Source of the DNA: Akkermansiaceae bacterium
Lineage (GTDB): Bacteria > Verrucomicrobiota > Verrucomicrobiia > Verrucomicrobiales > Akkermansiaceae
NCBI GenBank assembly: GCA_015062005.1
Contig: SUVL01000006.1
Location: 11,029-75,028, forward strand
DNA: 64,000 nt
Direction: 5' to 3'
Below the pieces are notes generated by a model that was not told where the DNA came from, made no database searches, and saw only the letters and a program-made list of their open reading frames with translations. Below are positions 19,295-27,543 of the stretch, in pieces. The position numbers were made by a program, and so were the translations under genes. Position 1 is the stretch's first letter. Every line of letters starts with the position of its first letter.

Positions 19295-19735
19295 ATGATG
19301 CTGGCCACGCCTATGTTCAACCTGTTTTTCTCGACAATGCTGCCATTGGCCGCGTTGCTCTGCGTGTGGTTCGCGGTGCTGTATCTGATTCGCGGTGCGC
19401 GCTCCCTGGTGCTGCGCATCCGTATGCTGAGGGAAGGGTTGCACGCCTGCAGTGTTATGGTCTCTTACAATGGAGATGGTGAGGCGCGCTTTGTACCGGT
19501 GTTTTCTTACACGACTTCGCGCGGTGATGAGGTGGATATTCTGGGGGATTCGGAGTTTGCGTCCAGGGAGGAGGCGATGCTGGCACGCCGCCCGCTTGTC
19601 TACGCAGATGAACGTCCGGATTCAGCCATGGCAAAGAGCGCGTTTTTTTTCGTAGGTGAGCCAGCCCTGTTCATTCTGCTGGCGGTGGTGCTCACTGTTC
19701 TGGCGCATTATTTGCTGCTATACATGCCGGATTAA
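19295..19735 (+). CDS. Hypothetical membrane protein (DUF3592-like topology)
   Basis: 146 aa with a TM helix, a soluble beta-rich segment, and a second TM helix. Confidence 0.5.
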   Translation: MMLATPMFNLFFSTMLPLAALLCVWFAVLYLIRGARSLVLRIRMLREGLHACSVMVSYNGDGEARFVPVFSYTTSRGDEVDILGDSEFASREEAMLARRPLVYADERPDSAMAKSAFFFVGEPALFILLAVVLTVLAHYLLLYMPD

Positions 19736-19768
19736 CGAGTTTACAAGTAAATGTGCGCGTGGTAGAGT

Positions 19769-20317
19769 ATGGTCATGAACACAATGCCTGCCGGATATTC
19801 CATGCGCCTGGCTTCCATGGCTGACTTTGCCGCCATCCGAGCCTTTTATAATGAGCTCATTGATGATATGGCTGACCGTCCGTTCCATCCTATGTGGGAT
19901 AAGAAGGGGCACCCTTCTGATGAATATCTGCGCATGGCAACCGAAGCAGGTGAACTCTGGGTTACCGAAGGAGATGGTGCCATTGTGGCGGCTGTGATTG
20001 TGAATGGTGAGGTGAATGATGGGTATAACCAGGTTCCCTGGCAGATTCAGGCCGACGCTGGCGAGTTTATCAGTGTGCATGCTTTCGGGGTCTCCATGCG
20101 GCTGCAGGGGCAGGGCATCGGTAAGGCGATGATGCATGCCATCATGGATGCCGCCCGTGCTGCTGGTAAAAAGGCTATCCGGCTTGATTTGATTGATTTC
20201 AACCTCCCCACAGGCAGGGTGTATGAGAAGCTGGGCTTCCGCAAATGCGCGGAGGTGAAGTTGTATTATGCCGAGGTGGGCTGGCAGCTTTTCCACATGT
20301 TTGAATATGTGCTCTGA
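19769..20317 (+). CDS. GNAT family N-acetyltransferase
   Basis: 182 aa with the acetyl-CoA motif RLQGQGIGKAMMHAIMDAARAAG. Confidence 0.85.
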   Translation: MVMNTMPAGYSMRLASMADFAAIRAFYNELIDDMADRPFHPMWDKKGHPSDEYLRMATEAGELWVTEGDGAIVAAVIVNGEVNDGYNQVPWQIQADAGEFISVHAFGVSMRLQGQGIGKAMMHAIMDAARAAGKKAIRLDLIDFNLPTGRVYEKLGFRKCAEVKLYYAEVGWQLFHMFEYVL

Positions 20318-20324
20318 TAAAAGA

Positions 20325-20360
20325 AGATGCACCCGGATTGGCCCGGATGCATCTCTTTTG
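20325..20360 (+). terminator. Rho-independent terminator after the GNAT gene
   Basis: Stem agatgca / tgcatct with inner ccgg/ccgg pairing, followed by CTTTTG. Confidence 0.55.
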
Positions 20361-20379
20361 TCTCTCTCATAGTTGCTCT

Positions 20380-20829
20380 TTACAGAGCAGGCTTTTTCGG
20401 GGTCGGTGCGGTGTCCGTACCCTTGAAGGTCTTGTTGGGCAGCCAGGTCTGGTTGCGACCCAGAAAGGCTATTTTGCCGCGCACGATGAGCTTATCGCCC
20501 TCGCGCCACATCTCGCAGCCATATACCTTGCCCTTCTGCGGGTCAAGGATTTCGCCGCCGCTGTAGGTATCGCCATCCTTCTCCAGATCCCAGATGATGG
20601 TCAAGCCCTTGATGGAGGGACTGCCCTTGATTTTTGCCTTAGCTCCGGGATTCTGCAGCAGCTGCACTACCTGGCCGTAGTATTTTCCCTGGTATTCGTA
20701 TACCTGCACGACACTTTTGGCTTCTTTCGTCTCATCGTCAATGGTGGTCCAGTAGCCCGTGATGTTCGCTGTGGCTTGTGCCGCCAGTGCGCAGAATGCC
20801 ATGCATGCGCTCAGTAGAAGTGTTTTCAT
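20380..20829 (-). CDS. DUF2147 domain-containing secreted protein
   Basis: 149 aa with a signal peptide. GYWTTIDDET..VQVYEYQGKYYGQV and ILDPQKGKVYGCEMW fit the DUF2147 pattern. Confidence 0.75.
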   Translation of the reverse strand: MKTLLLSACMAFCALAAQATANITGYWTTIDDETKEAKSVVQVYEYQGKYYGQVVQLLQNPGAKAKIKGSPSIKGLTIIWDLEKDGDTYSGGEILDPQKGKVYGCEMWREGDKLIVRGKIAFLGRNQTWLPNKTFKGTDTAPTPKKPAL

Positions 20830-21007
20830 TGGTGTGTGTTTCTATTGGTTGGTTGTTCCCTACATGTGGAAAAGCTAGAGTAGGGTCTAGGTGGAGTGTA
20901 CTCTATATTTGGGGTGTGGTCAAGAAAAAACATAAAAAAGATTGAAAATTTCAAATAAAATGGTATTGGAAAATCGCTCAACTGACAGATAACCCCTTAT
21001 TTGAGAA

Positions 21008-21199
21008 ATGAACAAGAATTACTTCAAAGTGCTGTTAGTTTCGTTGCTGGTCGGACTTGGGCTGAGCAGCTGCCATCATTTGCATCACCACCATCATCGC
21101 GGTGGGCATGGTTACCATCGCGGGCATGCACACCACATCGTGGGCCCACACCACCGCCACCACCGGTCTCATCACCATAAAGGCTGGCATCGCCGCTGA
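21008..21199 (+). CDS. Histidine-rich small lipoprotein
   Basis: 63 aa. The signal peptide has a lipobox (LGLSSC). The mature part of about 40 aa is more than half His (HHLHHHHHRGGHGYHRGHAHH...). Confidence 0.55.
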   Translation: MNKNYFKVLLVSLLVGLGLSSCHHLHHHHHRGGHGYHRGHAHHIVGPHHRHHRSHHHKGWHRR

Positions 21200-21232
21200 A
21201 AAAAAGCGAGAGCCCCGGAAAATCCGGGGCTC
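21196..21232 (-). terminator. Terminator after lpxD (hairpin shared by convergent genes)
   Basis: Stem gagccccgg / ccggggctc with loop aaaat. On the minus strand it is followed by TCGCTTTTTTT. Confidence 0.7.
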
Positions 21233-21261
21233 GGAGATGATGAAATAGCGTGGGAGGAACT

Positions 21262-22335
21262 TTAGCTCTGCTCTTCAAGAGCCTGGTTGATGAGCTGCTG
21301 AATTTCCTCAGCCTTGGCCTTGAGGGCGCGGAGCTCCTTGAAGGCTTCAGGGAGTTTACGCATGGCAGCAAACTGGCGGGCTGCTTCTCCGTATGGAACA
21401 GCGGGAGCTCCCCAGTAAGTCTTGCCGGATTCCAGCGTATTCATCACACCGGAGCGGGCGGCCACTACAACTTTGTCTTCAATCCTGATGTGGCCGGTAA
21501 TGCCGCACTGTGCAGCAATGGTAACGTAGTTGCCGACATGGGTGCTGCCGGCAATGCCGCTCTGAGCGCACATGATGCAGTGCTTACCGAGGGTCACATT
21601 GTGACCAATCTGAATCTGATTGTCCAGCTTGGTGCCTTCCCCGATGACGGTGCGACCGAATCTGGCACGGTCTATGGTCGTATTGGCACCGATGTCTACA
21701 TGGTCACCAATCTCCACAATGCCCACCTGGTCAATAGTATCATAGCGCCCGGTTTCCTTATTGAGCAGGAAGCCGAAGCCATCGCCGCCAATGACGGCGC
21801 CGGGCTGGATGACGACGTGGCTCCCCAGAATGCAGCGTTCGCGGATGACAACCTTGGGGTACAGCTTGCAGTTTTCGCCCATCTTGACGGCCTTGCAGAT
21901 GACGCAGCCGGGGCCGATATCGGAGCCATCGCCAATTTCGGCATCCGCCTCAATGACGGCGCAGGGACCCACACGCACTTTGGCCGGGTCCAGCTTGGCA
22001 GCTGGGTCCACGTAGGCCGTGGGGTGAATGCCCGGGGTGAAATCAGTGCTGGCCTTCATGAAGTGGGCCACCAGCGCGTTGAATGCGAGCGAGGGATTTT
22101 CCACTTCGATGAAGGCGACGCCTTCGGGATACTGCGGCAGTGAAGGAGGGACGAGCACGGCCCCTGCCTTGGTTGCCAGGAAGTCGTTGAAGTATTTTTC
22201 GTTGCCGAGGAAGGCAATCTCACCGGGGGTGGCGCTATCCAAAGTAGCGACTCCGGAGATGCAAATCTCCGGAGCCGGTTCATTGATAAGCTTGCCGCCG
22301 GTGAGCTTGAGAACTTCGGAGAGAGTGAGGTTCAT
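21262..22335 (-). CDS. lpxD: UDP-3-O-acylglucosamine N-acyltransferase
   Basis: Internal Met gives MNLTLSEVLKLTGGKLI. It has hexapeptide repeats and lies downstream of skp. Confidence 0.9.
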   Translation of the reverse strand: MNLTLSEVLKLTGGKLINEPAPEICISGVATLDSATPGEIAFLGNEKYFNDFLATKAGAVLVPPSLPQYPEGVAFIEVENPSLAFNALVAHFMKASTDFTPGIHPTAYVDPAAKLDPAKVRVGPCAVIEADAEIGDGSDIGPGCVICKAVKMGENCKLYPKVVIRERCILGSHVVIQPGAVIGGDGFGFLLNKETGRYDTIDQVGIVEIGDHVDIGANTTIDRARFGRTVIGEGTKLDNQIQIGHNVTLGKHCIMCAQSGIAGSTHVGNYVTIAAQCGITGHIRIEDKVVVAARSGVMNTLESGKTYWGAPAVPYGEAARQFAAMRKLPEAFKELRALKAKAEEIQQLINQALEEQS

Positions 22336-22363
22336 GATAAGCTCGTGGGGTTGGTGAAAATTA

Positions 22364-23014
22364 TTACTTGGCAGCCGGGGCGGGAGCCGGGGTGCCATAG
22401 AGGCGCTTGAGCTCTGCATCGGGGTCGAAGCCCTGGGGAGCACCGGCGTTGAGCTGCTTGAGCACCTCCGGGGTGAGGTCAATGTCCTTCTTCATGTAGG
22501 GGAACACGCGGGTGCCGATGCCAATCTGGGGCTGGGGAGAAATAGCGCCGGAGTCGAGCACGAGGTCAGAGCCGCTCTGGTCTGCTACCGTGTTGATGGC
22601 ATTCTGCACTTCCTCCACCAGAAGGCGCATTTCGCTGTTGCGCAGTTCACGGAAGGCAACCTCACGGCGCTGCACAAAATCCTTCATTTCCTGGTCGGCA
22701 GCCTTGAGTTCATTGGCCTTGGCCTGGTACTGCTCGCGGAGCTTGGCTACGGCGGAATCAGACAGGCTGGAGTCATACTGCTCCTGAATCTTCTTCAGGT
22801 CTTCCTGAAGGGCGCGGAGCTTGTCCTCACGGGTTTTGATGTCTGCCTTGATCTCAGCCAGCTGCTTCTGCAGGGTTGTTTCCGTATCGAAGCGCTTGTA
22901 GAACTTGGTGTAAAGCTCCTGCACGTTGACGGAAGCAATCTTGATTTCGGCCTGAGCCGTGGCGGTCAGAGCGCACAGCGTCACGAGGGCGGTGGAGATG
23001 ATGGGGAATTTCAT
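22364..23014 (-). CDS. skp: OmpH/Skp family periplasmic chaperone
   Basis: Signal peptide MKFPIISTALVTLCALTATAQA, a coiled-coil body, and the skp-lpxD gene order. Confidence 0.8.
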   Translation of the reverse strand: MKFPIISTALVTLCALTATAQAEIKIASVNVQELYTKFYKRFDTETTLQKQLAEIKADIKTREDKLRALQEDLKKIQEQYDSSLSDSAVAKLREQYQAKANELKAADQEMKDFVQRREVAFRELRNSEMRLLVEEVQNAINTVADQSGSDLVLDSGAISPQPQIGIGTRVFPYMKKDIDLTPEVLKQLNAGAPQGFDPDAELKRLYGTPAPAPAAK

Positions 23015-23155
23015 AATATGTGAGGTTTTGGATGCTGTCATTCTACACCGTGTTCAAATTAAGTCAAGAAAAGCTTGCGTCACTCTTTGGCATAAAGTGC
23101 AAATTGTTATTCTAACTCCTTGAATGAGGGGATGATATGAGATAATTTCGAGATT

Positions 23156-24235
23156 ATGACTACGGAAGCACTTTGCCTGAGAGAGATAGATGCCTTGTTT
23201 GAACCATATGCCCACAGGAAACTGAGTCTGCCCACGCGGCTGGTGATGGCCTCTGTGCCTCGGCTGTATGCGCAGAATGGCGTGCCTGTGCCGGAGATGC
23301 TGCGGTATTACAGGCGCAGGGCTGAGAACCAGGTCGGCCTGATTATCTCGGAACCGGTTGCTGTCAATGACCCTGCTGCAGCAGGTGATTCCGGGATGTC
23401 CCATTTTTACGGAGGCGCAGCCTTGCGGGGGTGGAAGCACATTTGCCAGGCAGTGCATGCATCCCGGTGCCGGATTATGCCTCTGCTGCACCATGTGGGC
23501 ATGCTGCGTCCCCAGCGTGGGGATATTCCAAATCCATCAGAAATGGCCATCGGCCCAAGCGGTATCGACCCTCAGACTGGGGGGCGGCGGGGGGAAAGCA
23601 TGAGCCGGGAACGCATCCGTTCTGTGGTTTCCGCTTTTGCCTCAGCTGCATATTCGGCTAAGGTGCTCGGCTTTGACGGGGTTGAAATCAATGGGGCTCA
23701 TGCCGGCCTGGTGGAACAATTCCTCAGGCCAGAAACGAACCGCAGGACGGATGAATATGGCGGTGATTTGCCCGGTCGTGTCCGTTTTGCGTGTCAGATT
23801 ATTCATGCGGTGCGCAAGGCGGTGGGGCGTGCGTTCCCGGTAGCCTTTCGTTATTCTCCCGCAGGAGAATTATGGGGTAAACCCCTGCTGGAATCACCCC
23901 ATGAGATGGAATTGTTCCTGAATGCCCTGTGTGAGGCTGGCGTGGATATCTTCGAGTGCGATGGTGTGAGTACCCCGGCTTTTCGCGGCAGCCCTCTTTC
24001 TGCGCCTGCGTGGACTCGTCTGCTGAGCCATCGCCCTGTCATTGCCAGTGGTGGGATTGGTTTGCCTGGTGGTTCGCTTCTGCCGCATGTGCGTGGTCTG
24101 CTAGGCCTCAGGTTTGACTTGCTGGCGGTGGGCAGGGCCTTGCTGGCAGATGCGGAGTGGGGAACCAAGGTGCGTGAATCCCGAGAGGCAGACATCGTGC
24201 CCTTTTCCAGCCGTTCATGGCTGCATCTGGACTGA
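23156..24235 (+). CDS. NADH:flavin oxidoreductase (Old Yellow Enzyme family)
   Basis: 359 aa with GFDGVEINGAHAGLVEQFLRPETNRRTDEYGG. Confidence 0.8.
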   Translation: MTTEALCLREIDALFEPYAHRKLSLPTRLVMASVPRLYAQNGVPVPEMLRYYRRRAENQVGLIISEPVAVNDPAAAGDSGMSHFYGGAALRGWKHICQAVHASRCRIMPLLHHVGMLRPQRGDIPNPSEMAIGPSGIDPQTGGRRGESMSRERIRSVVSAFASAAYSAKVLGFDGVEINGAHAGLVEQFLRPETNRRTDEYGGDLPGRVRFACQIIHAVRKAVGRAFPVAFRYSPAGELWGKPLLESPHEMELFLNALCEAGVDIFECDGVSTPAFRGSPLSAPAWTRLLSHRPVIASGGIGLPGGSLLPHVRGLLGLRFDLLAVGRALLADAEWGTKVRESREADIVPFSSRSWLHLD

Positions 24236-24247
24236 AGAGCAAAGAAA

Positions 24248-24279
24248 CGCGCCGGACTCGTGAGCCTGAGTCCGGCGCG
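24248..24279. terminator. Bidirectional hairpin between convergent genes
   Basis: Perfect 12-bp stem cgcgccggactc / gagtccggcgcg with an 8-nt loop. Confidence 0.55.
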
Positions 24280-24301
24280 GAAAAGAGACGCTTCGGTTGC
24301 C

Positions 24302-24442
24302 TTATTTCCCGAGCTTGTCGTAATGGTCAATCATGGAGTATATTTCCTTGACATCACGGCGGGAATTGCGGCCAATGATGAAGGCTGCAACAAGGAGGCA
24401 GATTGCACCCCCGACGGGTGCCCATTTAGCGAGTTCCTTCAT
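24302..24442 (-). CDS. Small single-TM peptide translationally coupled to the MerR gene
   Basis: The 46-aa product is MKELAKWAPVGGAICLLVAAFIIGRNSRRDVKEIYSMIDHYDKLGK. Its ATG overlaps the MerR stop codon as ATGA. It is not in the ORF track. Confidence 0.45.
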   Translation of the reverse strand: MKELAKWAPVGGAICLLVAAFIIGRNSRRDVKEIYSMIDHYDKLGK

Positions 24443-24984
24443 ATTTTCTTTTTACTGGTTGTTGGAGTTTTTCTTTTCTTGGGCTTTTCTTCCGTTATAA
24501 CGAAATCTTCGGGAGGTGTTGCCGGTTCGAGTCTCCCGTCTTCTGTGAACAGGAACGGAAAGTCCACGATGCCATCGCGCGTGATGTACGGAAAAGCCTT
24601 TTCCGGGTCGGCCCCGTTCTTGAGGGCCTCCAGGGCATTCTGGCAGCCACCGATGAAGAATTCCGCGAGCTGCAGGCCGCGGTTCACGGCTTCCTTGAGC
24701 TTGCAGAGTTGCTCGTGAGCACTTTTCATCATCTCCAGGCGTTGCGGCAGGGTGTTCACGCCTTCTATGGTAACATCCATGAATGCCTTGATTTGCGGCA
24801 GGGTCATGCCGGCCTGTTTCATGCACAGCACCCCCAGCAGGCAGCCCATACTGGCATCCCCATACACGCGCCGCCCCGACCCTGTGCGCTCAACATATCG
24901 CAGCAGTCCTTCCTTTTCGTAATACCGTAAGGTATGAATGGAAAGTCCTGTCTTTCGGGACAATGCAGAAATGGAGTATTTCAT
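24439..24984 (-). CDS. MerR family transcriptional regulator
   Basis: 181 aa with an N-terminal wHTH, MKYSISALSRKTGLSIHTLRYYEKEGLL. Confidence 0.85.
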   Translation of the reverse strand: MKYSISALSRKTGLSIHTLRYYEKEGLLRYVERTGSGRRVYGDASMGCLLGVLCMKQAGMTLPQIKAFMDVTIEGVNTLPQRLEMMKSAHEQLCKLKEAVNRGLQLAEFFIGGCQNALEALKNGADPEKAFPYITRDGIVDFPFLFTEDGRLEPATPPEDFVITEEKPKKRKTPTTSKKKI

Positions 24985-25172
24985 AGCGTGATGAGAAACG
25001 AGACGGGCTGACGGGATTTTGCCATATTACTAGAGCAGGGTCAAGCTTAATATGGGATGCAGAAGTCCCGATTTTGTTCAAATGTTATGATTTTTTTATA
25101 AAAAGGTTTTGAGACGTCCGGAATCGGGGATTGACATTCGGCTGCAATCTGTCAGAATATCCGCAGATTGAT

Positions 25173-27092
25173 ATGAGTACGTACGGATATTACCGTCTGG
25201 CTGCCGTTACACCCAAAGTGAAAGTGGCAGATGTGACCAGTAACACTGATGAGCTGGTGAAAGCGATGAGGAAAGCTGCCGAAGGTGGCGCTCACGTGGT
25301 ATTGTTTCCGGAGTTGTGCCTGACTGGAGCCAGCTGTGGTGATTTGTTTTTCCAACCGCATTTGCAGAATGCCGTGCTTCGTGCGCTGACTCGCTTTGCC
25401 AGTGAGACGGCTCGTTTGAAAATCCCTGCAATTCTGGGGTTCCCGCTCGTCGTGGGGGAGGGGATTTTTAATGTGGCTGCCGTGGTGCAGAGCGGGCATG
25501 TGCTGGGACTTGTGCCCAAGAGTATACTGCCGGGAAACAGGAGTGCGTATGAGAACCGGCAGTTCCGTCCGGCTGCGGAATTACAGGTGAAGGAAGTTGA
25601 GCTCCCAGGCTTCGGCTGTGTGCCGATTGGTTCAGATTTATTGTTCACCGATGGTCTGGAGCTGACCTTTGGTATAGAGGTGGCTGATGATTTGTGGGGG
25701 GTGATTCCGCCCAGCAGCCAGTTGGCTTTGCAAGGTGCCAGGGTTATTTTTAATCCGGGGGCATCCATGGCGCTGGCCGGTGCAGCTTCATATTGCCGCA
25801 GCCTGGTTGCGCAGCAGAGCGCCCGCTGCCAGGCGGCTTATGTGTACTCCTCCGCAGGCGTGGGAGAGAGCACCCAGGATGCCGTTTACGGCGGTCAGGC
25901 CATCATCGCAGACAATGGCCGCGTGGCCGCTGAGAATGAATTATTTATCCGGGAGACGAGTGTCATTTATGCAGATGTGGATTTGCAGCGCTTGGGTGCG
26001 GCCCGCTGCAGTGAGGGCTGTTACAATGACAGCCGCGCGCTGGCCTCGGTGCCTCCCGCCCGCAAGTTGCTGCTGGGTAAATTTGATTCGCGTTGTGACC
26101 TGGCATATGCATGGCTGCCGTCCCGCCCCTTCATTCCGGCTCCGGAGGAGCGCAACACGCGCTGCGAGGAAATCCTGAGCACCCAGGCTGCGGCCCTGGC
26201 CAAGCGTATTGAGCACACACACGCCCGAAGTCTGGTAATTGGTATTTCCGGCGGCTTGGACAGCACCCTGGCTCTGATGGTGTGTGCTCGTGCGTGTCGT
26301 CTCCTCGGGCTGCCGAACAGCACAATTCTTGCTGTGACCATGCCGGGGTTCGGTACCACCGGGCGCACGCATAACAACGCCGTGGCCATGATGAAGTTAC
26401 TCGGCGTTTCCTTCAAGGAGGTGGATATCAAAGAGTCTTGTCTCCTGCAGTTCCAGGATCTGGGGTTCGACCCCGCCTTGCGTACGAGTACCTACGAGAA
26501 TGTGCAGGCTCGCCAGCGTACCAGCATTCTGATGAATCTGGCCAATATGACCGGTGGCATGGTGGTCGGCACCGGCGACCTTTCTGAAATTGCTCTGGGC
26601 TGGTCCACCTACAATGGGGACCACATGAGCATGTATGGTGTCAACTGCTCCGTGCCCAAAACGCTTATCCGCTGCCTGCTGGGGTATGAGGCTGAACATT
26701 GCGGCAATGCCATGCTGGCCGAGACGATACAGGATGTGATTGATACCCCGGTGAGCCCGGAACTGCTGCCCCCTGCAGATGACGGCAGCATGGAGCAGAA
26801 GACGGAGGACATCCTCGGGCCATACGACTTGCATGATTTCTTCCTCTACCACTTTGTGAAGTATGGTGCGGAACCGACCAAACTCAGGGTGCTGGCCCAG
26901 CTTGCCTTTGCTGGTGAATTCCCGGAAGAACTCATAGGGCGCACACTGGAAACGTTCCTCCGCCGCTTCTTCCAGCAGCAGTTTAAGCGAAGCTGCGTGC
27001 CCGATGGCCCGAAAGTCGGCTCGATTGCGCTTTCTCCCCGTGGCGATTGGCGCATGCCGACAGATGCCTGCGGCGAGCTCTGGAAACCTTGA
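25173..27092 (+). CDS. nadE: NAD+ synthase, long two-domain type (nitrilase-like domain + synthetase domain)
   Basis: Starts MSTYGYYRLAAV. The synthetase P-loop SGGLDS is present. The nitrilase-domain Glu (FPEL) and Lys (VPKS) are present, but the expected Cys in the EICED motif reads EVADD. Confidence 0.88.
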   Translation: MSTYGYYRLAAVTPKVKVADVTSNTDELVKAMRKAAEGGAHVVLFPELCLTGASCGDLFFQPHLQNAVLRALTRFASETARLKIPAILGFPLVVGEGIFNVAAVVQSGHVLGLVPKSILPGNRSAYENRQFRPAAELQVKEVELPGFGCVPIGSDLLFTDGLELTFGIEVADDLWGVIPPSSQLALQGARVIFNPGASMALAGAASYCRSLVAQQSARCQAAYVYSSAGVGESTQDAVYGGQAIIADNGRVAAENELFIRETSVIYADVDLQRLGAARCSEGCYNDSRALASVPPARKLLLGKFDSRCDLAYAWLPSRPFIPAPEERNTRCEEILSTQAAALAKRIEHTHARSLVIGISGGLDSTLALMVCARACRLLGLPNSTILAVTMPGFGTTGRTHNNAVAMMKLLGVSFKEVDIKESCLLQFQDLGFDPALRTSTYENVQARQRTSILMNLANMTGGMVVGTGDLSEIALGWSTYNGDHMSMYGVNCSVPKTLIRCLLGYEAEHCGNAMLAETIQDVIDTPVSPELLPPADDGSMEQKTEDILGPYDLHDFFLYHFVKYGAEPTKLRVLAQLAFAGEFPEELIGRTLETFLRRFFQQQFKRSCVPDGPKVGSIALSPRGDWRMPTDACGELWKP

Positions 27093-27123
27093 CATCAGCC
27101 CCTTGATTTGCTAAGTTATCCAC

Positions 27124-27447
27124 ATGGAACGAATTGAACAAGCTTTAGCCACTTTCCGCCAGAAACCCCTTATGTACAACTGTGCGCAGACGGTGTGTGC
27201 AGCATTCGGGCGGGAGGATCTGGTTGAATCCATGGCATCCTGCGGCGGCGGCCGCGCACCGGAGGGAACCTGCGGTGCCCTGTATGGAGCCATGCAGGTG
27301 ATGCCGGAAAAATCTGCGGCTCTGCTGGCAGCCTTTGTTGCGGCGAATGGTGCTTCCACCTGCCGTGAACTCAAGGGTTGCAACAGGGTGCCCTGCCAGG
27401 AATGCGTGCGCCGCGCCGCTTCCATCCTGGTTGAGCTCGGGGCGTGA
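27124..27447 (+). CDS. C_GCAxxG_C_C family protein
   Basis: 107 aa with NCAQTV...CGALYGA...CREL...CQECV. Confidence 0.75.
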   Translation: MERIEQALATFRQKPLMYNCAQTVCAAFGREDLVESMASCGGGRAPEGTCGALYGAMQVMPEKSAALLAAFVAANGASTCRELKGCNRVPCQECVRRAASILVELGA

Positions 27448-27467
27448 GCCACTGTTTTTTTTACGAA

Positions 27468-27507
27468 GGAGGAGGTGGAACGCTGTTACCACCTCCTGTT
27501 TCAGTTT
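27468..27507 (+). terminator. Rho-independent terminator
   Basis: Stem aggaggtgg / ccacctcct followed by GTTTCAGTTT. Confidence 0.6.
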
Positions 27508-27543
27508 GCCTGTGCAGCCCGGTTGTGATAAACCGTGCTGCAT

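Noticed and set aside
21024-21371. 115-aa minus-strand ORF overlapping the His-rich lipoprotein gene and the lpxD 3' end.
   Set aside because: It overlaps lpxD and spans the terminator hairpin. Its translation is Ser/Pro/Arg-rich. The plus-strand ORF has a proper lipoprotein signal peptide.
24260-24718. 152-aa plus-strand ORF.
   Set aside because: It lies antisense to the MerR gene and the coupled small ORF, begins inside the terminator hairpin, and has no recognisable features.
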